Assembly (NCBI GenBank): GCA_964304625.1
Contig: OZ199838.1
Coordinates: forward strand, 15,055,650 to 15,119,649
Reading direction: 5' to 3'
Length of the DNA stretch: 64,000 nt
Origin: Kudoa neothunni
Taxonomy: Eukaryota > Animalia > Cnidaria
In this document: one piece after another, positions 14,015-27,905 of the stretch
How the letters are laid out: the number at the start of each line of letters is the position of its first letter
Position numbering within the stretch: the stretch's first letter is position 1
The notes under the pieces: generated by a model
Databases searched by the model: none
What the model saw: the letters and a program-made list of their open reading frames with translations, nothing else
Told to the model about the DNA's origin: nothing
Translations under genes and position numbers: made by a program

Positions 14015-17000
14015 ATGTTTGTTGGGTTTGGAATGTTCAAGTTGATATATTTATCTATCTGCTACATTTTTTGTCTTCAGCGCGCATTTTCACTGAGTGG
14101 AAACAGTTTTCTGTTGCAAGATTTTGAATTGACCGGATTAAGCGTTGATAACAATGAGGTTACTGAAACCTCTCTTTTTGGCTATTCGGTGGCTACATTT
14201 GGTGACTAGTATGATAGTTTGTCAGCTAGAATTAATGTCCACACTAACTTTATTATTAATTAGTATATATATTTCGGCACCCTTAGCTAGAACTTCTCGT
14301 TCAGGAACCCAGTTTTCTACAGGAAGGATATACAAATGTTGGTTTTCGCACTTGACGTCACCAACAAATTGTAGCCCTTTGACCGAATTAGGTATGATTT
14401 ATTATATAAATTTTTCCAACAACTTATACAATTGTCTTAGATGAATATAGTAATTCAAAACCTTTTGACCTTTTGATGGGTTACACTTTGTCAAAATATC
14501 TGGACGACCGAATTTATGTGATTACACCTTTTAAAATACAAAATTAATAAATTTTTCATCGAAAATAGATTTGTGCTCCTAATGCTTTCCTACAGCATGA
14601 TGATACATTAACTAACAATTGCATGTTTTTCAACCCTTTAAATGATGGTGTTGAGCTTAATACTGACCTGCACGGTATTTTCGAACTTTGATATTGTCTC
14701 ACTTCAACTATTAGTTTCACAAAGTGATATTGGTTTATTTATGGATCATGATATTGATAGTGGTTGTTTGGTTGTTGGAAGGTGATCTGAGTTGATTTTG
14801 AATGTTCTAATTAGGTTTTAGCTCAAAAACCTACTCCAATTTTAATTATAGACTGACTTGCGGGACACCACCTAATTATGTCTATAAGAATTATGCGAAT
14901 AGACGAGACACAACCTCGTTTCCTTGTATTGAGTTCTATTATCAGCATTATGAAATACGTTTTCTAGATCACACTGGTGTCGTTGTTTTTGGAGAAGATA
15001 CTAATAGTAAATATGTTGGTTAATCTTTGGTTATTATCGAAAACATTTTTAGTTGTGACGGTGGTGTATGTGCTACCAAAAGATGGGAATGCAGTGACTA
15101 TAGTACGATTTATGTCCAAACGTCTACAGCATAATAATTTTTTTATTTAGTATTACGACAGATATACCAAATCTAATCTGCAAGAGATGGCACATGACCA
15201 AAATGGAAACAAATTTGTCCCGAGTTATGAAGTAAGCGATTACGAATATTTGAGTTGCACATTAAAGCATGTATGTGTGTAGATGAATGATGGTTTGGGT
15301 AGTCAAATTCTAAAGTACAAATTGTCTGGGTAGATTTTTAATTTTGTGGCTGGTATTATGTTATCTAACTAAAATTTCTTCCGTGTGTCTATAGCGATGT
15401 TATATTGCTAATAATGACAGCACCTCTCCGATTTTTCGGTCATGGGTCGGTCGTCATATTTAACTATGGGAGTAAAGTGTTATCGCATCAAATTTTTGGT
15501 CGTGATTATGGCGAAATGTTCGGTTATTCAATATGTTTTGTCCAATATTCGGTTCAAAAAAGTTTTTGTTCTTTTTTGTAATGTAAAATTAATCGTTATT
15601 AACTAGGGTTGGCAATATTGGCTCCTCATGGCGGAGCTGATAAGATGGGTTACGTCATTATCCGAATGTTTAATGAACAGGGGAAATTTGAGGGTTCTGT
15701 AAGACGAAAATTTTGTTGCTTACGAAATTTAAATGTTTAAGGCAACAACATATGATTTAAATCAATACATCGCCAACCTGAATGACGAAGTCTTTGCTTA
15801 TAGACTACATCCTGACGTATACGATGTAACGGAACAACAAGGTAATTAATGTATGATAGTTTTGATTAAGAATGAGTCTGTGTAGGAGCTGCTCACGCCG
15901 GTGGATTTTTACTATCTGTCAATTCAAATCCCGGGAAAATTTATAGGTTCACGTATTTTCGAGGCTGTAATAATTTTGTTTTAATTTTGAACGTTTAGTG
16001 AACAGAATGTCAGAGAGAGTACTACTACAGTTTTGCCTGAATATAGTTTGGGAAATGATGAGATAATTGGATTGGATAAGAGTTCAGAATTCTATCAGTA
16101 ATTTGCCATATTATTTTCGAATAAATTTTTTAAACCACAGTATAGCTTTTCTATCGCACAAAAAATTACATTAGAAGCCGAACATACTATTGAGATTGAA
16201 AAATTTTTAACCAACTCAAGTACACTTTCGCATTAAAAATATTAGTGATTAATATTTATGTTTATTTAGACAATAAATGGGGTGTAGAGTTAGATCCTCT
16301 TAGTCTGCATAACTTTATTAAATTTGATAGCGAAGACTTTGGTCGATTGCTGATAAGGCCGACACGATACATTAAACACTCCGAACATGATAATAAATAT
16401 GAATTTACTGCCATCATTGAAATGAATATAAGAAAAACTATAGATTTAAGCTTAGTGGAAGGTTTTAATTTGAAACTTAAATGTGGTCCATTGAGACATC
16501 TCACTGATGCAAGTTATTTTCTCAATGTTCAAAGGGATACACTCGAAGTTGATCTACCGGTTAAACTCGATATACTTAAAATCGCGGATGTTTCCTCTCA
16601 TCAACCTCAAGGAGGACGAATGGTTATTAACCCAGGGGATACATTTCAGTAATTTACTGCGATGTCCTCCTATTATCGATATCTTTACAATTAGCCATAT
16701 CGACACACATCGACACACACACATATATGAGTCAGTGGTTGTTGATATAAGTAATAATATAAATGCAATATTGGGCTCAACATTGGTTGTAAAATATCCC
16801 GAGAAAAAGAAACTCTTGGCTTGTCTTACAACTCTTTATGGGGTACGTTATCTTATGCTAGATAATTTCGTGAAGATTCTTCCTTGCTCAACTTAATGAT
16901 TAGGAATTGAAGGCTGAAACGGAAATTATTACCGGTAAAAGAGTGTCTAAAATTGGTGTTAATAACATACCACTGGAAGGGGTAATTATTCATTTTCGGT

Positions 17001-18292
17001 TACATTAAAAACATATTTGGAATTTTCTGCTTAGATGGAGTTTTCGCTAAGATTCAGCCAAGAATATGATGACGAGGAGGGATTTCTAGCAGTCTCACAT
17101 GAATGGACGCTTGAGGTCGAACTGTAATTCTTTATTTATAACGGCGTTAACTATAAAAGAATATAGATTGGATGAAGGTGAAGATGCGTACTATACACAA
17201 TCTCATAAATTTACTCCATTTGCGGGAATCGTTGAGTACAAAATTAGTGGGTATTTTATTATATCGATATTCATTATTTTTTGTGCTACGGTGTATTTGT
17301 GACTTTAAAAATATTTTTTCTCTATTTGTATGTTTAAATCTAATGAAGTAGCATGAGGTGAAAATTTAAAAATTACAACAGATTACAATCTTATTCAATT
17401 CCTTCAATTCATTACATAAATTTTTAAAAATATATTAATATCATTTATAGACTTAAAGACAGAGTGTTTTATACACACCCCAAGACCTGGACTGAGCAAA
17501 TATTTTCAAACTCTTTACTGGTTCGTACCTATTTATTGGGCTGGTGGTTAGTTACATTTATTAACCTTAACAGATTAATGTGAAAGGTTTGCATCATAAT
17601 TTTCCACTCGTAATAAAAATCACCAAGATTGATGTCCAAAATTTTCAAAATATTAGGATCTTAAGTGTTGACGTATGTACACATCACATCGTTATATCTA
17701 TGAAGTTGTTGGTGTAAATTATTTTAGTGTCAGCGAACAGAGTATTTAAACGACCAAGGAGATAATATGGGTAGCTGTGGTAGTAACAACGATGAAACCT
17801 GCCTTAACAGTTGTCACTCTTTATTATGTACCACAACCCCTTCAACACTTGTGAAAAACGACTATGTTGCTATTCATTATAAAACTGCTTTGGAAGTGGT
17901 AGGCTACCTGATCGTCAATTTGTAGTGATTATTTTTTCTTTCTAACAGGCAGAAAATATAACGATTACATTTGAGGCCGACTTGCATAGTGCTGACGATA
18001 TTCAAAAGGATGGAACTCCATTTCGAGTAGATTTGTATGGTTCGCTTATTAATCTGGCATAATCGTGAAGGTGACTTCCACTATTTACCCACTATCCACC
18101 AAAATAAAAACATATGAGATTGTTATGTGTGTTGTCTTTCCAGTAGGTTTCTATATGGTTATTGTTTTGATCTTAAAACAGGTATTCAATGTTGTATTTT
18201 GTCTTTCTATTTCTACGTCAATTTAGACTGGCATATTAAACAGAATATCAAATAGAATTGGAGGACACATCATCAAGGAGAACGCACTATAA
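14015..18292 (+). CDS. Divergent integrin alpha-like type I membrane protein, paralogue 1 (multi-exon; outer bounds given)
   Basis: Signal peptide, then FG-GAP-like repeats (SLFGYSV, IYISAP..GRIYKC, IYICAP, MTAP..GSV, EMFGYSI, LAILAP). Cys-containing calf-like segment, TM helix IVMCVVFPVGFYMVIVLIL, tail KQTGILNRISNRIGGHIIKENAL ending at TAA 18290-18292. Many short GT-AG introns. Confidence 0.78.
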
Positions 18293-18467
18293 CTACGTTA
18301 CAAGTATTACCAGTTGGTCACAATTATTCTCAAGAATTATAAATGATTACTACTGCCATCTATATTCTTTTTCTGTCTTCAATACTTAGTTTTTCGATTT
18401 TTTATGAGCAATTTCGGTAATAATTTTTCTTGTTGAATACATTTTTATTGGATTGAGGGGTTTTATT

Positions 18468-19965
18468 GAAATTCTTAATGCCGTAAGTACTCAGAATATA
18501 ATTTCCTTATTACTTTATCTCAACTTTTAAGATTAACCTTCTAAATCACATGAAAATTTATACCCTCCAAGTATAATTGGGGTTCAATAGACCCCACGGT
18601 TTTATTCGATAAAATATTTGATCGATTATATATTCAATAATTTCACAAATGACACCACGTAATATTGTGTGCGCGTGCGCAAATGTTAAAGAAATATTTT
18701 AACCACCGGGCAGGGTATGTGTATGTATCACTTTTGAGGTCACATATTTTCTATAAACATAACTCTAAATTCAGTCCACATAACAAAATTAATTATTTAT
18801 TTAATTTGCGCTTTAAGTGGCCAAAAACATAATCCTAGCATAGACTATTGTATAAACAGGTAACATAGATACGCTTAAATGTTCATTAGAGTGGAATCGA
18901 CGCGTGAGAAACTCACCTGAATACGCCTTGGTTCACGAATATGGAAAAAATTTCCGAATTATTTTGTATCTCAATATTTTCCACATCATCAAAATGTAAA
19001 ACTCGCATTATTTGGAGAACTTTATGTGTTGGGGGTAAATCACGATATATCTTTCCTTCTTCCTCTAATCCAATATCTCTTTAACCGGTTCTCGATTATC
19101 CCCGTGAATTCCCATCAGAAATAAACAGCTTACGAACTCATCCAATTCGATCCATTTATCACCAAAAATTTTTCCACCGATGAACTGGATATTTAAACAT
19201 AATCTCATGCATAACAGAATTAGATATTATTCTGAAAATATCAACTGTGTTTGTAACAAAAACGAAGAACCACTAGGATGACTACTGACTACTCATAATA
19301 TTTACAACACATGTTCTAGATGCCAATGGCGGGCCCGTTGAACGTAACATTCCGTACCTATTCATTAATGAGTTAAATTGTATATTTGTATCAATATTAA
19401 ATTTTTCTTAGGATAAATAATCATGAAATGAAGTAAATGAATCTAAGACTCGGTATCAGTAATTATTATCAAGATCACTTGATCACGTCAACGAAATTAA
19501 TTATGGTGCACGCGCAATATAGATTAACATATGATATTCATGCAATAAAAATATATTTACTCGATAGAATTTTCTAAAAGTTACTCCAAACATTTAAATC
19601 AATATTTTGGATAATCAGATGGAAAAGAAAACGTGGGATCCAAAAGACCCCAATTTTACTTGGAGGATGTTTTTGCATTAACTTTTTTTCTAAGAAATTA
19701 AAGTTTTTTAATTAATATAATTTTAGTACATAACATTTTAGAAGAATAGACTGACTGCCAACAATTTATCACAAGTTAATGTAGTAGAAAATTGATAACT
19801 AATGTAGCAAGCGGTCCAAAAGACCCCAATTATATTTAGAGGGTTAATGCAATTCTTTTAAAATTATCAATAAAATGTATATTCAGTTAATTTTTATAAC
19901 TTTCAGCAGAACATGATTGCCAATTTTTTAACGAATTTTTTAGATGAAATTTCTTAATATTTTTA
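18468..19965 (+). repeat. Segmental duplication, copy B (partner 1-1330)
   Basis: Direct near-identity to 1-1330. Carries an extra ~175 bp between two CCAAAAGACCCCAATT repeats. Confidence 0.95.
18537..19843 (-). mobile_element. Internally deleted piggyBac element (duplicate of 70-1208)
   Basis: TTAA-CCTTCTAAAT ... ATTTAGAGGG-TTAA. Confidence 0.78.
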
Positions 19966-20092
19966 GTATAGTGGAACCTCGATTATCTGAATTTTTATTA
20001 ATTGATAATCGCGCTGTCCGAACCACATTTTAAAACTTAATTTAAATCTACATACATTTTTAATATCAAAAATTTCGATTAACCGATACAAC

Positions 20093-23000
20093 CAGGGATC
20101 ATCAAAAATTAATTTTTACGTTTGCAATCAATTTTCTTCTTTACAATCAATTAATTGTATTTTCGGATCTCTGCAATCAATTATTTCAATTAATTGCAAT
20201 AATTGCAATGTATTTATTAGCGCACATAATTATCCATAGTAGAATATTATATTTTTTTTGAGTTACACGTGTAGTTAATTTAATTTTTAATTATTTTAAA
20301 GTTATTCCTAAAATTATAGATTCAAAAATTTAATGTAACCCAAGAATTTTAAGAAAAGGTTAAGGTTTGACTTAAATAGTTTCTTCTACAGAATTCTTTT
20401 TATGGGCAGCTTTATACGAATGAATACTAAATCGCCTTAACAGGATTTCAGCTTGAAAAAATTTAATTTTTAATTTTTAAATATATAAAGAACTGAACTA
20501 ATTTAAATAAGAGAAAATGATTCATTTATCAAAATATCCTGATGAAACTTGCATATTCTTCAAACCTTGGTATTTAATGCTTATTTCTGCTAACGATAAA
20601 CAACCTAACATCAACTTAATAAATTACTAACGTGAAAATCTGACGTTTCCTAGTAATATGTGTGTAGTGGCAATAAATCTCGGCGGAAGCTTATAATCTA
20701 ATCATTTCTAATAAGGAAAGGCATTGTTACTCTCTCCCACATTGTCACTGATAATTTTTTAAATCTTTCTGAATAACGACTTTTATAATTGTAAATCTCT
20801 AAATCGATTATTATTTTCAAACCTTTTAATATTGTTATAATAAGGGCTGTTTTAAGCTTAAAAAGGGGAGTTAGTAATCAGTAATTAGTTTAATGTCATT
20901 GGTAATTAATGAAAAGGTATGTTTTATTTCTTGACATTGTTTAAATCTTTATTTAAACGTCTAAACGAAATTCTATTACAATCACAATGTAGCGAACTGA
21001 CTTATTGTAGTCAATTATATATGGGTGCAAAAGCCCAACAGCTACTTATTGGCCAGTATTAATGATAGTGATTAGGAATTAAGTAATTACCTAATAATTA
21101 CAGCCAACTTTGATCAATATCCTCCTTTATAAGGCCAAAGTAATATATATTAGATACTCAAAAAAAACTGATAAAATCTAATTTACATTAAATCTTAAAA
21201 ACCTCAAATATACGCCATAATAAGAAAAATTTTTCTTACACATGTGCACTTAAGATCACACATATACCGACAGTTGACTCATATACATACATAGATTGAT
21301 ACCAGTAATTATTTTGTACGATATTTAATTCACAACTAATAGATCAACACAAAAACACACACAAAATATGTTTAGAATAATGTTTTGTAACATAAGATAT
21401 TACTTCGCTTCATCAATTTAATGAAGCTATTTTTGAAATAATTTTTTCATTCCAAAAACGTTTGTTGAATTTTAAGAACAACTGCATCTCGAGATTAATT
21501 GGGGATAACCTTTGCCTTATATCGTCATAAGTGTATCCCGCGGTTGAGAAAAATCTTTCCACCAAATTAGACGTTGGAAGGATAAAATTTGTGGTTTCAT
21601 ACAATTTTCTATTCTGAGACATCGCTATTTTTCGCTTTCGCAGTATATTGTGAGCAAAATCATCAGATTTAGTAATTTCTACATCATTAACCATCTCCAT
21701 CGAATTAAGTTTCAGGATTCGAACCTCCCGTTGTTCATCCCATGTCAGTTCTTGTTCCTTACTTTGTTGAATTTTAGACAGAGCCGCTTCGAATATCGTA
21801 CATTCTCCGATATTCGAAGCGGCTCGTATATATTTAGCCATTGAAGGATATTCTTTAATTAATTCATCAAACAAATATCGACAATCAGCAATACTGATTG
21901 ATGGATTTTGCAACGCCAAAGTAACCGAGTTTAGCTTTTTCAATATCTCACTTAGAGATTCTATTTCAGCATTTTCTCTTGGAGTTGGAAAAAAATCCAG
22001 TAGGCATTTTTCTTTCGTAAAAAGAGGCTCGGCCAATATTAACTTTAATCGATCATAACGATCTACCATATTCGCTATACTTGACCATCTTGTATCATTT
22101 TTTTGAATTGGCCTTAGTGGCGTAAACTGTCTTAAAAGCCCTGACATTTTCAAACTTTTCATTTTTCCCATCAATAAATTTATTTTATCAATCAACAATT
22201 CGTAAGACTTTAGTAAGTCCATAGCAGCTAAATTAAAACGGTGGGAGGCGCAGCCAACCAATGGCAAATTACATCGACTCGCCAACGCTTTATTTACTGG
22301 AGCGTTGTCACCACAAATCGCCACGACATTATCAAGAGATTTCTCATATATTTTCAAAATATATTCAATTAATTCATAATGATTGTCGGCAGTGAATCCT
22401 GTTTCTTTCAGCATTGGCGAAAATGATAAAAGGACGGTCTCATAATTCAATGAATCATTTACGTTGTACGCAGCAAAAACAGCTACAAAGTGGGTCGATT
22501 TTTTGGTCCAACCATCAAGAATGATACAAAACTTTGAAGGTAAAAGGTCAGAAATTTTTTTTTCCACTGCCCTTGTTGTTAAGTCCATATACTTTTTGAA
22601 TGTGTTTACCGAAACTGGGGAAAGGCTAGTATACATCCTCGTAAGATCATCTTCAATAAAGCTAAATGGTTTTAGTCCATAACAGATCCAATTTAGCCAA
22701 TCATAGATAGTTTTCCCCTTATTCGTCGTTTTAAAAGTACTAGAAAAATCTTCCAGAGTTAAAGGTGCTCTTATCATTTGTTTATATTCTAAGTGCTGTG
22801 ACTTTATGTGGTTAAAAAGATTCGTCCAACCAGTATTCTTTTTTTGTGCTAACTCTTTGCCGCATTTACACTTCCACCTTGATTTTTCTGAATCTGTTTC
22901 AGTAAAAAACATTTTCACAATTTCTTTTGTATCGTGGCTCATTTTGAAACAACAACAACAACACGAGGAGTTGGGATCAAAACATAGTTAGTAAATTTAG

Positions 23001-25838
23001 TTTCTTGATCCTACTTTTATCTTATATATTGTTTTTTATGTCGTCATTATATAGATTTATTGTGATTTCATTACTTTAAACTATTTTATACTAGCGTTTT
23101 TAAGCACACATAGATCAATTCATGATAAATAAAATCTCATCATCTAACATTAACATTGGGGAGTAGCATAATGCTGTCAAATAGGGGTTAATCGTAGTAT
23201 TTTCATAAAAAGGAATTAATCCATCAAGTATTGAAACTTTTTGTAAATTTAACTTTTAACACCGTCATTCTTCTATTCGACATTGAACTTGATTGGCAAA
23301 CAATGTTAGAATATTTGAGTTACAAAGCATTTGCATTTGCAATAAAACACAATATAAGAACAATAATAAATAAATAAGCGCCCACGCTCTGAACGTTAAT
23401 CATTTATAAATCTCTGGTATTGGGGGTCTCATTCAAAAGATTAAGAATTGTCAACAAACAGTATTTACCGAGCCATTTTTGTGCATGCATAATGATAAAG
23501 CATGATATTTACCTTTAATTATTGCATCTACATTAATCTATGTTGATCCTAATTGGACTATATGACTCATTTCTCTAGTTTTTACTATATAAAGTTAAGC
23601 TTTAAAACACTTGAAGTCAAGAGAATTTGACTAATCTACAGTATTTGTGTACGGTCTTCAGTCAATCTCGGCATGTAATCGGAATCACATGTAATTTACA
23701 TTTTATTTATAAACGGTTAAAATTCTCTTACTTTATGTCTTAAAGTTATTTATATAAACTCCAACAATTTATTTGTAACGAATAATATAGATTTATCAAA
23801 TAACTCATTGGTTGCCACGTCTTATATCTTAGTGGATCGTATATTCACATACCATATTTTGATATTTTATAACAAAAATCTAACTATAAAATGTTTATTT
23901 TTAGATTCTATATTATTATAAAATTGTTAAGATGAATGGTTTTAAATAATGCTCTTAACATACACGATTTTTATTTGACGATTACTTTATTTTAAAATGT
24001 ATTTTACTTAACAAATACTCGTTAAATATTTTTTTACGAGTTAAGCAATCTAATTAAATGAGAATATAACTAAAAAAACAAATTAAAAATTCTAATGTTT
24101 GAATTTTGGAACAAATATTATCATAATTTTTTTACCAAGAATAAATTACCAAAAAAAATTTTTAAACTAAAAAATTTACTGGAAAATGCAATAAATAAAT
24201 TTAAAGATATTCTCCTAATTGTGAATAGAATAAATCAGAAAGTCCTGTTTTTAAAATACAAAGTCACAAGATTGGACCTTGACACACTTGTTACTAACAG
24301 ATACAAATGAAAAAAAATCGATGAACGATTATTGAATAAGAATAATTTTAAAATTATGGAAAAATATAAATTTTTTTGATGTATTTCTCGACAACATGAA
24401 GACTTCAATGCATCCGAATGTGCTCGACTTATGATTTATTTCCGGTTTACAAATTAATTTTAATTGGTCTAAAATTTGGTAAGACTCAATTATTTTTTTG
24501 GGGGGGGGGGGGTGATAAGAACAAAAATGAAAGAAATGTTGAAAAGAAATGAGTTAACATGACGAATTGTAGGAAACGACTTTATTTCTGATTGTATTCC
24601 CGACGTCACCCGAACTTCGTACACAGGTACTGTAGTTTAGCCGAGAAAATTTATAAGTATTTTAAATTTTGAGTAAACCTTTCTAATATTATCGTATAAA
24701 TTAAATTTTTTGTTAAATAAATTAGAATAATTCGGTAGTGTATTCCAGGGATAAATAAAAGTAAGGTGATAATTTAATAATGTATGTGAAATAAACAGCG
24801 TGTTTATAACATTGTAAATCTATTACCAGTATTTTCAATGTTTCTTAGGCCTCCAAAATTATGCTGTTACATCCCTAGTCACACAAGAAGAATATTAAGT
24901 GTTTAACCAAAAAATAGAGTATAATTTGAATTAAAAATACTTATTAATCAAGTTAATATCTCATAGGATAAAAGTTATAAATATCGGGACAATACCATGG
25001 GATGTGTCACCGAAAGACACCATTTTGTGCATCGATTCCGCGCCGATTTCTTCGTGATTATTCAAAGGAAAATAAAAGAATACCGATAGCGCGCTTGAAA
25101 TCGTCGTTTAAGTTTCAATAACCGCTAAAACTCACTTAATTTCTCATATATAATTTATTAAAATTTTTTCCTGTTGAAATTTTATCACTGACTCGTTTAA
25201 ATAAGCTCCACATGTCCTCTTAAAATTTGACCCACTCTATTGGTTTTCATTATTGACTATGATCTAAAAAAATATACAAAAAAATCGAGAAATATTGAGT
25301 TTATTTTATGTATTTTTTAACTAATTAATTCTTATTATAATAATAGTTACAGTGAAATTATCATAATAATTTGTCCACCAATTTTCTCATAATGGTAATA
25401 TAGCCCATCTTACGACAAAAGTATGTGTAACAAGTGCAAAAAAAATTTGAACAATTAATTTTTTATCAAGAAAATTTTTACAAAGTAAAAAAGTGTCATA
25501 AAAATACAATCTAGTGATACTTTATTTAATATACACTTATTAATTTAACCGATATTTTAGTAAAGATTGGTCTTTAAATGTTATGTCCGCCTTTTTAAAA
25601 TATTTCGTTTATTGAAAATAATGTAATATAGCTAGATTAAATTAAAAAATAAAACAATATAGGTTAAAAAAATTAATTTAATTATAGCTCACACCGTTTG
25701 AATGACAATATAGGATTTTAGGAAAGATACATAAAAAACACATAATTGCAATTAATTGCAGTTTTACCAATCAATTATTGCAATAAAAAAAATTTAAAAA
25801 TCAATTAATTGCTACCAATTAATTTTTGATGACCCCTG
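20093..25838 (-). mobile_element. Full-length hAT transposon (5746 bp)
   Basis: 22-bp TIRs CAGGG(A/G)TCATCAAAAATTAATT. Perfect 8-bp TSD GATACAAC at 20085-20092 and 25839-25846. CAATTAATTG-type subterminal repeats at both ends. Confidence 0.95.
21413..22942 (-). CDS. Intact hAT transposase, 509 aa (BED finger plus RNase H-like DDE core)
   Basis: Uninterrupted ORF. WKCKCG...NLFNHIKSQH, ILDGWT, CGDNA, GCASHRFNL, TRWSS and PTSNLVERFFS. Confidence 0.93.
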   Translation of the reverse strand: MSHDTKEIVKMFFTETDSEKSRWKCKCGKELAQKKNTGWTNLFNHIKSQHLEYKQMIRAPLTLEDFSSTFKTTNKGKTIYDWLNWICYGLKPFSFIEDDLTRMYTSLSPVSVNTFKKYMDLTTRAVEKKISDLLPSKFCIILDGWTKKSTHFVAVFAAYNVNDSLNYETVLLSFSPMLKETGFTADNHYELIEYILKIYEKSLDNVVAICGDNAPVNKALASRCNLPLVGCASHRFNLAAMDLLKSYELLIDKINLLMGKMKSLKMSGLLRQFTPLRPIQKNDTRWSSIANMVDRYDRLKLILAEPLFTKEKCLLDFFPTPRENAEIESLSEILKKLNSVTLALQNPSISIADCRYLFDELIKEYPSMAKYIRAASNIGECTIFEAALSKIQQSKEQELTWDEQREVRILKLNSMEMVNDVEITKSDDFAHNILRKRKIAMSQNRKLYETTNFILPTSNLVERFFSTAGYTYDDIRQRLSPINLEMQLFLKFNKRFWNEKIISKIASLN

Positions 25839-26049
25839 GATACAACGCTTTATTCGAATCTAATAAAGTACATATAACTGATATGTAAATTGAGTTAAAC
25901 TATCGCGTATATTAAAATGCATAATATGTTTCATTTCTTAATTGGTTCTTTTCGATTATTATCTGAGTTAAAAATAACAAAATATAAATAGAACCATAAA
26001 GTTGCTCTATTTACAATTTAGTCTAAAATTATTCCGTGGGTTTGGAATA

Positions 26050-26260
26050 CAGTGGGTAATGGGTATTTGATAGTCATGGAATATATAATTAAATTAATTA
26101 ATTTAGAAAACGAAAATTTAGAAAGAATTTTTATAATAAATTTCACAATTTATACGATTTAAGCACAGCTAAAAAATATAAACAGTTTTTCAAGCGTTGA
26201 GGAGTATTTGGCACTTTCTCCACGTTTTTATAGGTATTACGTAATACCTGTCACCCACTG
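26050..26260. mobile_element. Small MITE (Tc1/mariner-like ends)
   Basis: TA|CAGTGGGTAATGGGTATT versus reverse complement of the right end CAGTGGGTGACAGGTATT (15/18 match). Confidence 0.5.
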
Positions 26261-26689
26261 CATCCAAATAACTCGTGTTACGTGATTTTGATAATTAAAA
26301 CAATGCAAAATAAAAAAAGTTTCAGAATTGTGCTTAAATCATTCGGTGAGGGATACATATGCAAACTAAAAATGAATAACCCTCGAATGACGTCATCTGA
26401 ATTATCAGAGATCGTTTATAAACAAAACGGGCGCTAAAACAGGATTTAACACTATCGATGATATTTTTCGTGATTCTTAAAAATAGATGATATTAGAATC
26501 TTCGAATCGTATAACCTCCAATGGTAGGAAATATGTTCAACTAGAAAAAGCTCTTTATATGTGAATTAACAAATCTAATTCAAATACATATTGTATTATT
26601 GAATGTAATATCATTGAAAAAGAAAAGGAGTTTGCATGAAAATTAATTATAGAAGGACTTCCGATTTCATCTGGCTGTCTTCGTCCATT

Positions 26690-27905
26690 CACTTGCCTCC
26701 AGTTTCCCTTCATACGAGGATATCTGCAATGATGAGCAACTTGTTGCTTTTAGAGTTCGCTGTAAGCTCAGACAATATATGCCTGTGAAGCCTGCCAACT
26801 GTAGAATTTAATTTTTTTGTTGGTGGTTTCATTATCAACTCACCTATCCAATATACGTGTATATCCAGGAAGGCGTAGCGGCGAAGCTGTAAGCACTACC
26901 GATGTAAGCGAAGACACCGTGCTACATTTGATAGAATTCTTTAGTGATTTGGGAGAAATTCGATACACGACAATTTTTTTACTTTAGCCGAATTGGCAAA
27001 TACATTACTAAAAACAAATCCCAATGTTAGGAACCATGCGTTCCAATAAAAAAGAGATTCCACCTTATTTGAGACCAATTAGAACAAGCTTAATTAATTG
27101 GTCTCATTTTTAACAGCAAAAATGTTATGCTGACGTATTTGACAAAGGAAAACCAACATGATAATATGCTTTTTTCTTGTTCATCAAATACAAATATAGC
27201 CAATGAATCACCTCATACGCCAGAAGTTTAACTTGTTACAACGCAGTCAGGGATGGAGTTAACACTATCGCAGGAATGTTGACCTCTTGTATTTTTCAAT
27301 ATAATGAACATTTCGTTAATCAATACGTTTTTCATTTTCAAGGATATATTTAATTCAGGGGATCTGCTGAGCAGCGATTTCATTAACAATGGTCGATATA
27401 TTAATAACCCCTGATTTCTAAAAATTCTCCGAGTGTACTTAATGTTTCGCGAATTTAAAGGGGGACGTGATTAGACAAAACAACAGAAATAACGAAAGGT
27501 GGCAACGTAAAAACTGTCCAGAAATGAGACGCTTATTTGATCTTTTGCAGTCAAAATGTTTTTGACATGTTGTAAGAAATGACACTGTTTTCCATTATTA
27601 TCGTTGTTCTGTATGTAAATAATACATTTATTAATGCAAAATAAACCAAAATTTTTATACAAGTAGCGAGCATTTTAACTTCTAAAACGAATATTGGATA
27701 TTGATACGATGTATTTAAATTATCAAAAATTAAGTAACTTTTAATGCAAAATAATTTTAGCACAAGAAAATCAATGGTAACTTTCTAAACCATTTTATAC
27801 TTGTAGGATGTAACTTTTTGGGTGATTTAAGGAGTTGAATAATTTTGTGGGAGAATAATATTTACAATTCTGAAGAAAAAAAGCCTATTTTTCCGCCTTG
27901 GCTAA
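26690..27905 (+). pseudogene. piggyBac (PGBD4-like) transposase fragment nested in the pogo relic; boundaries approximate
   Basis: DEQLVAFRVRCKLRQYMPVKPA, DNFF, LGTMRSNKKEIP and YNAVRDGVNT, plus a decayed C-terminal Cys region. Confidence 0.75.
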
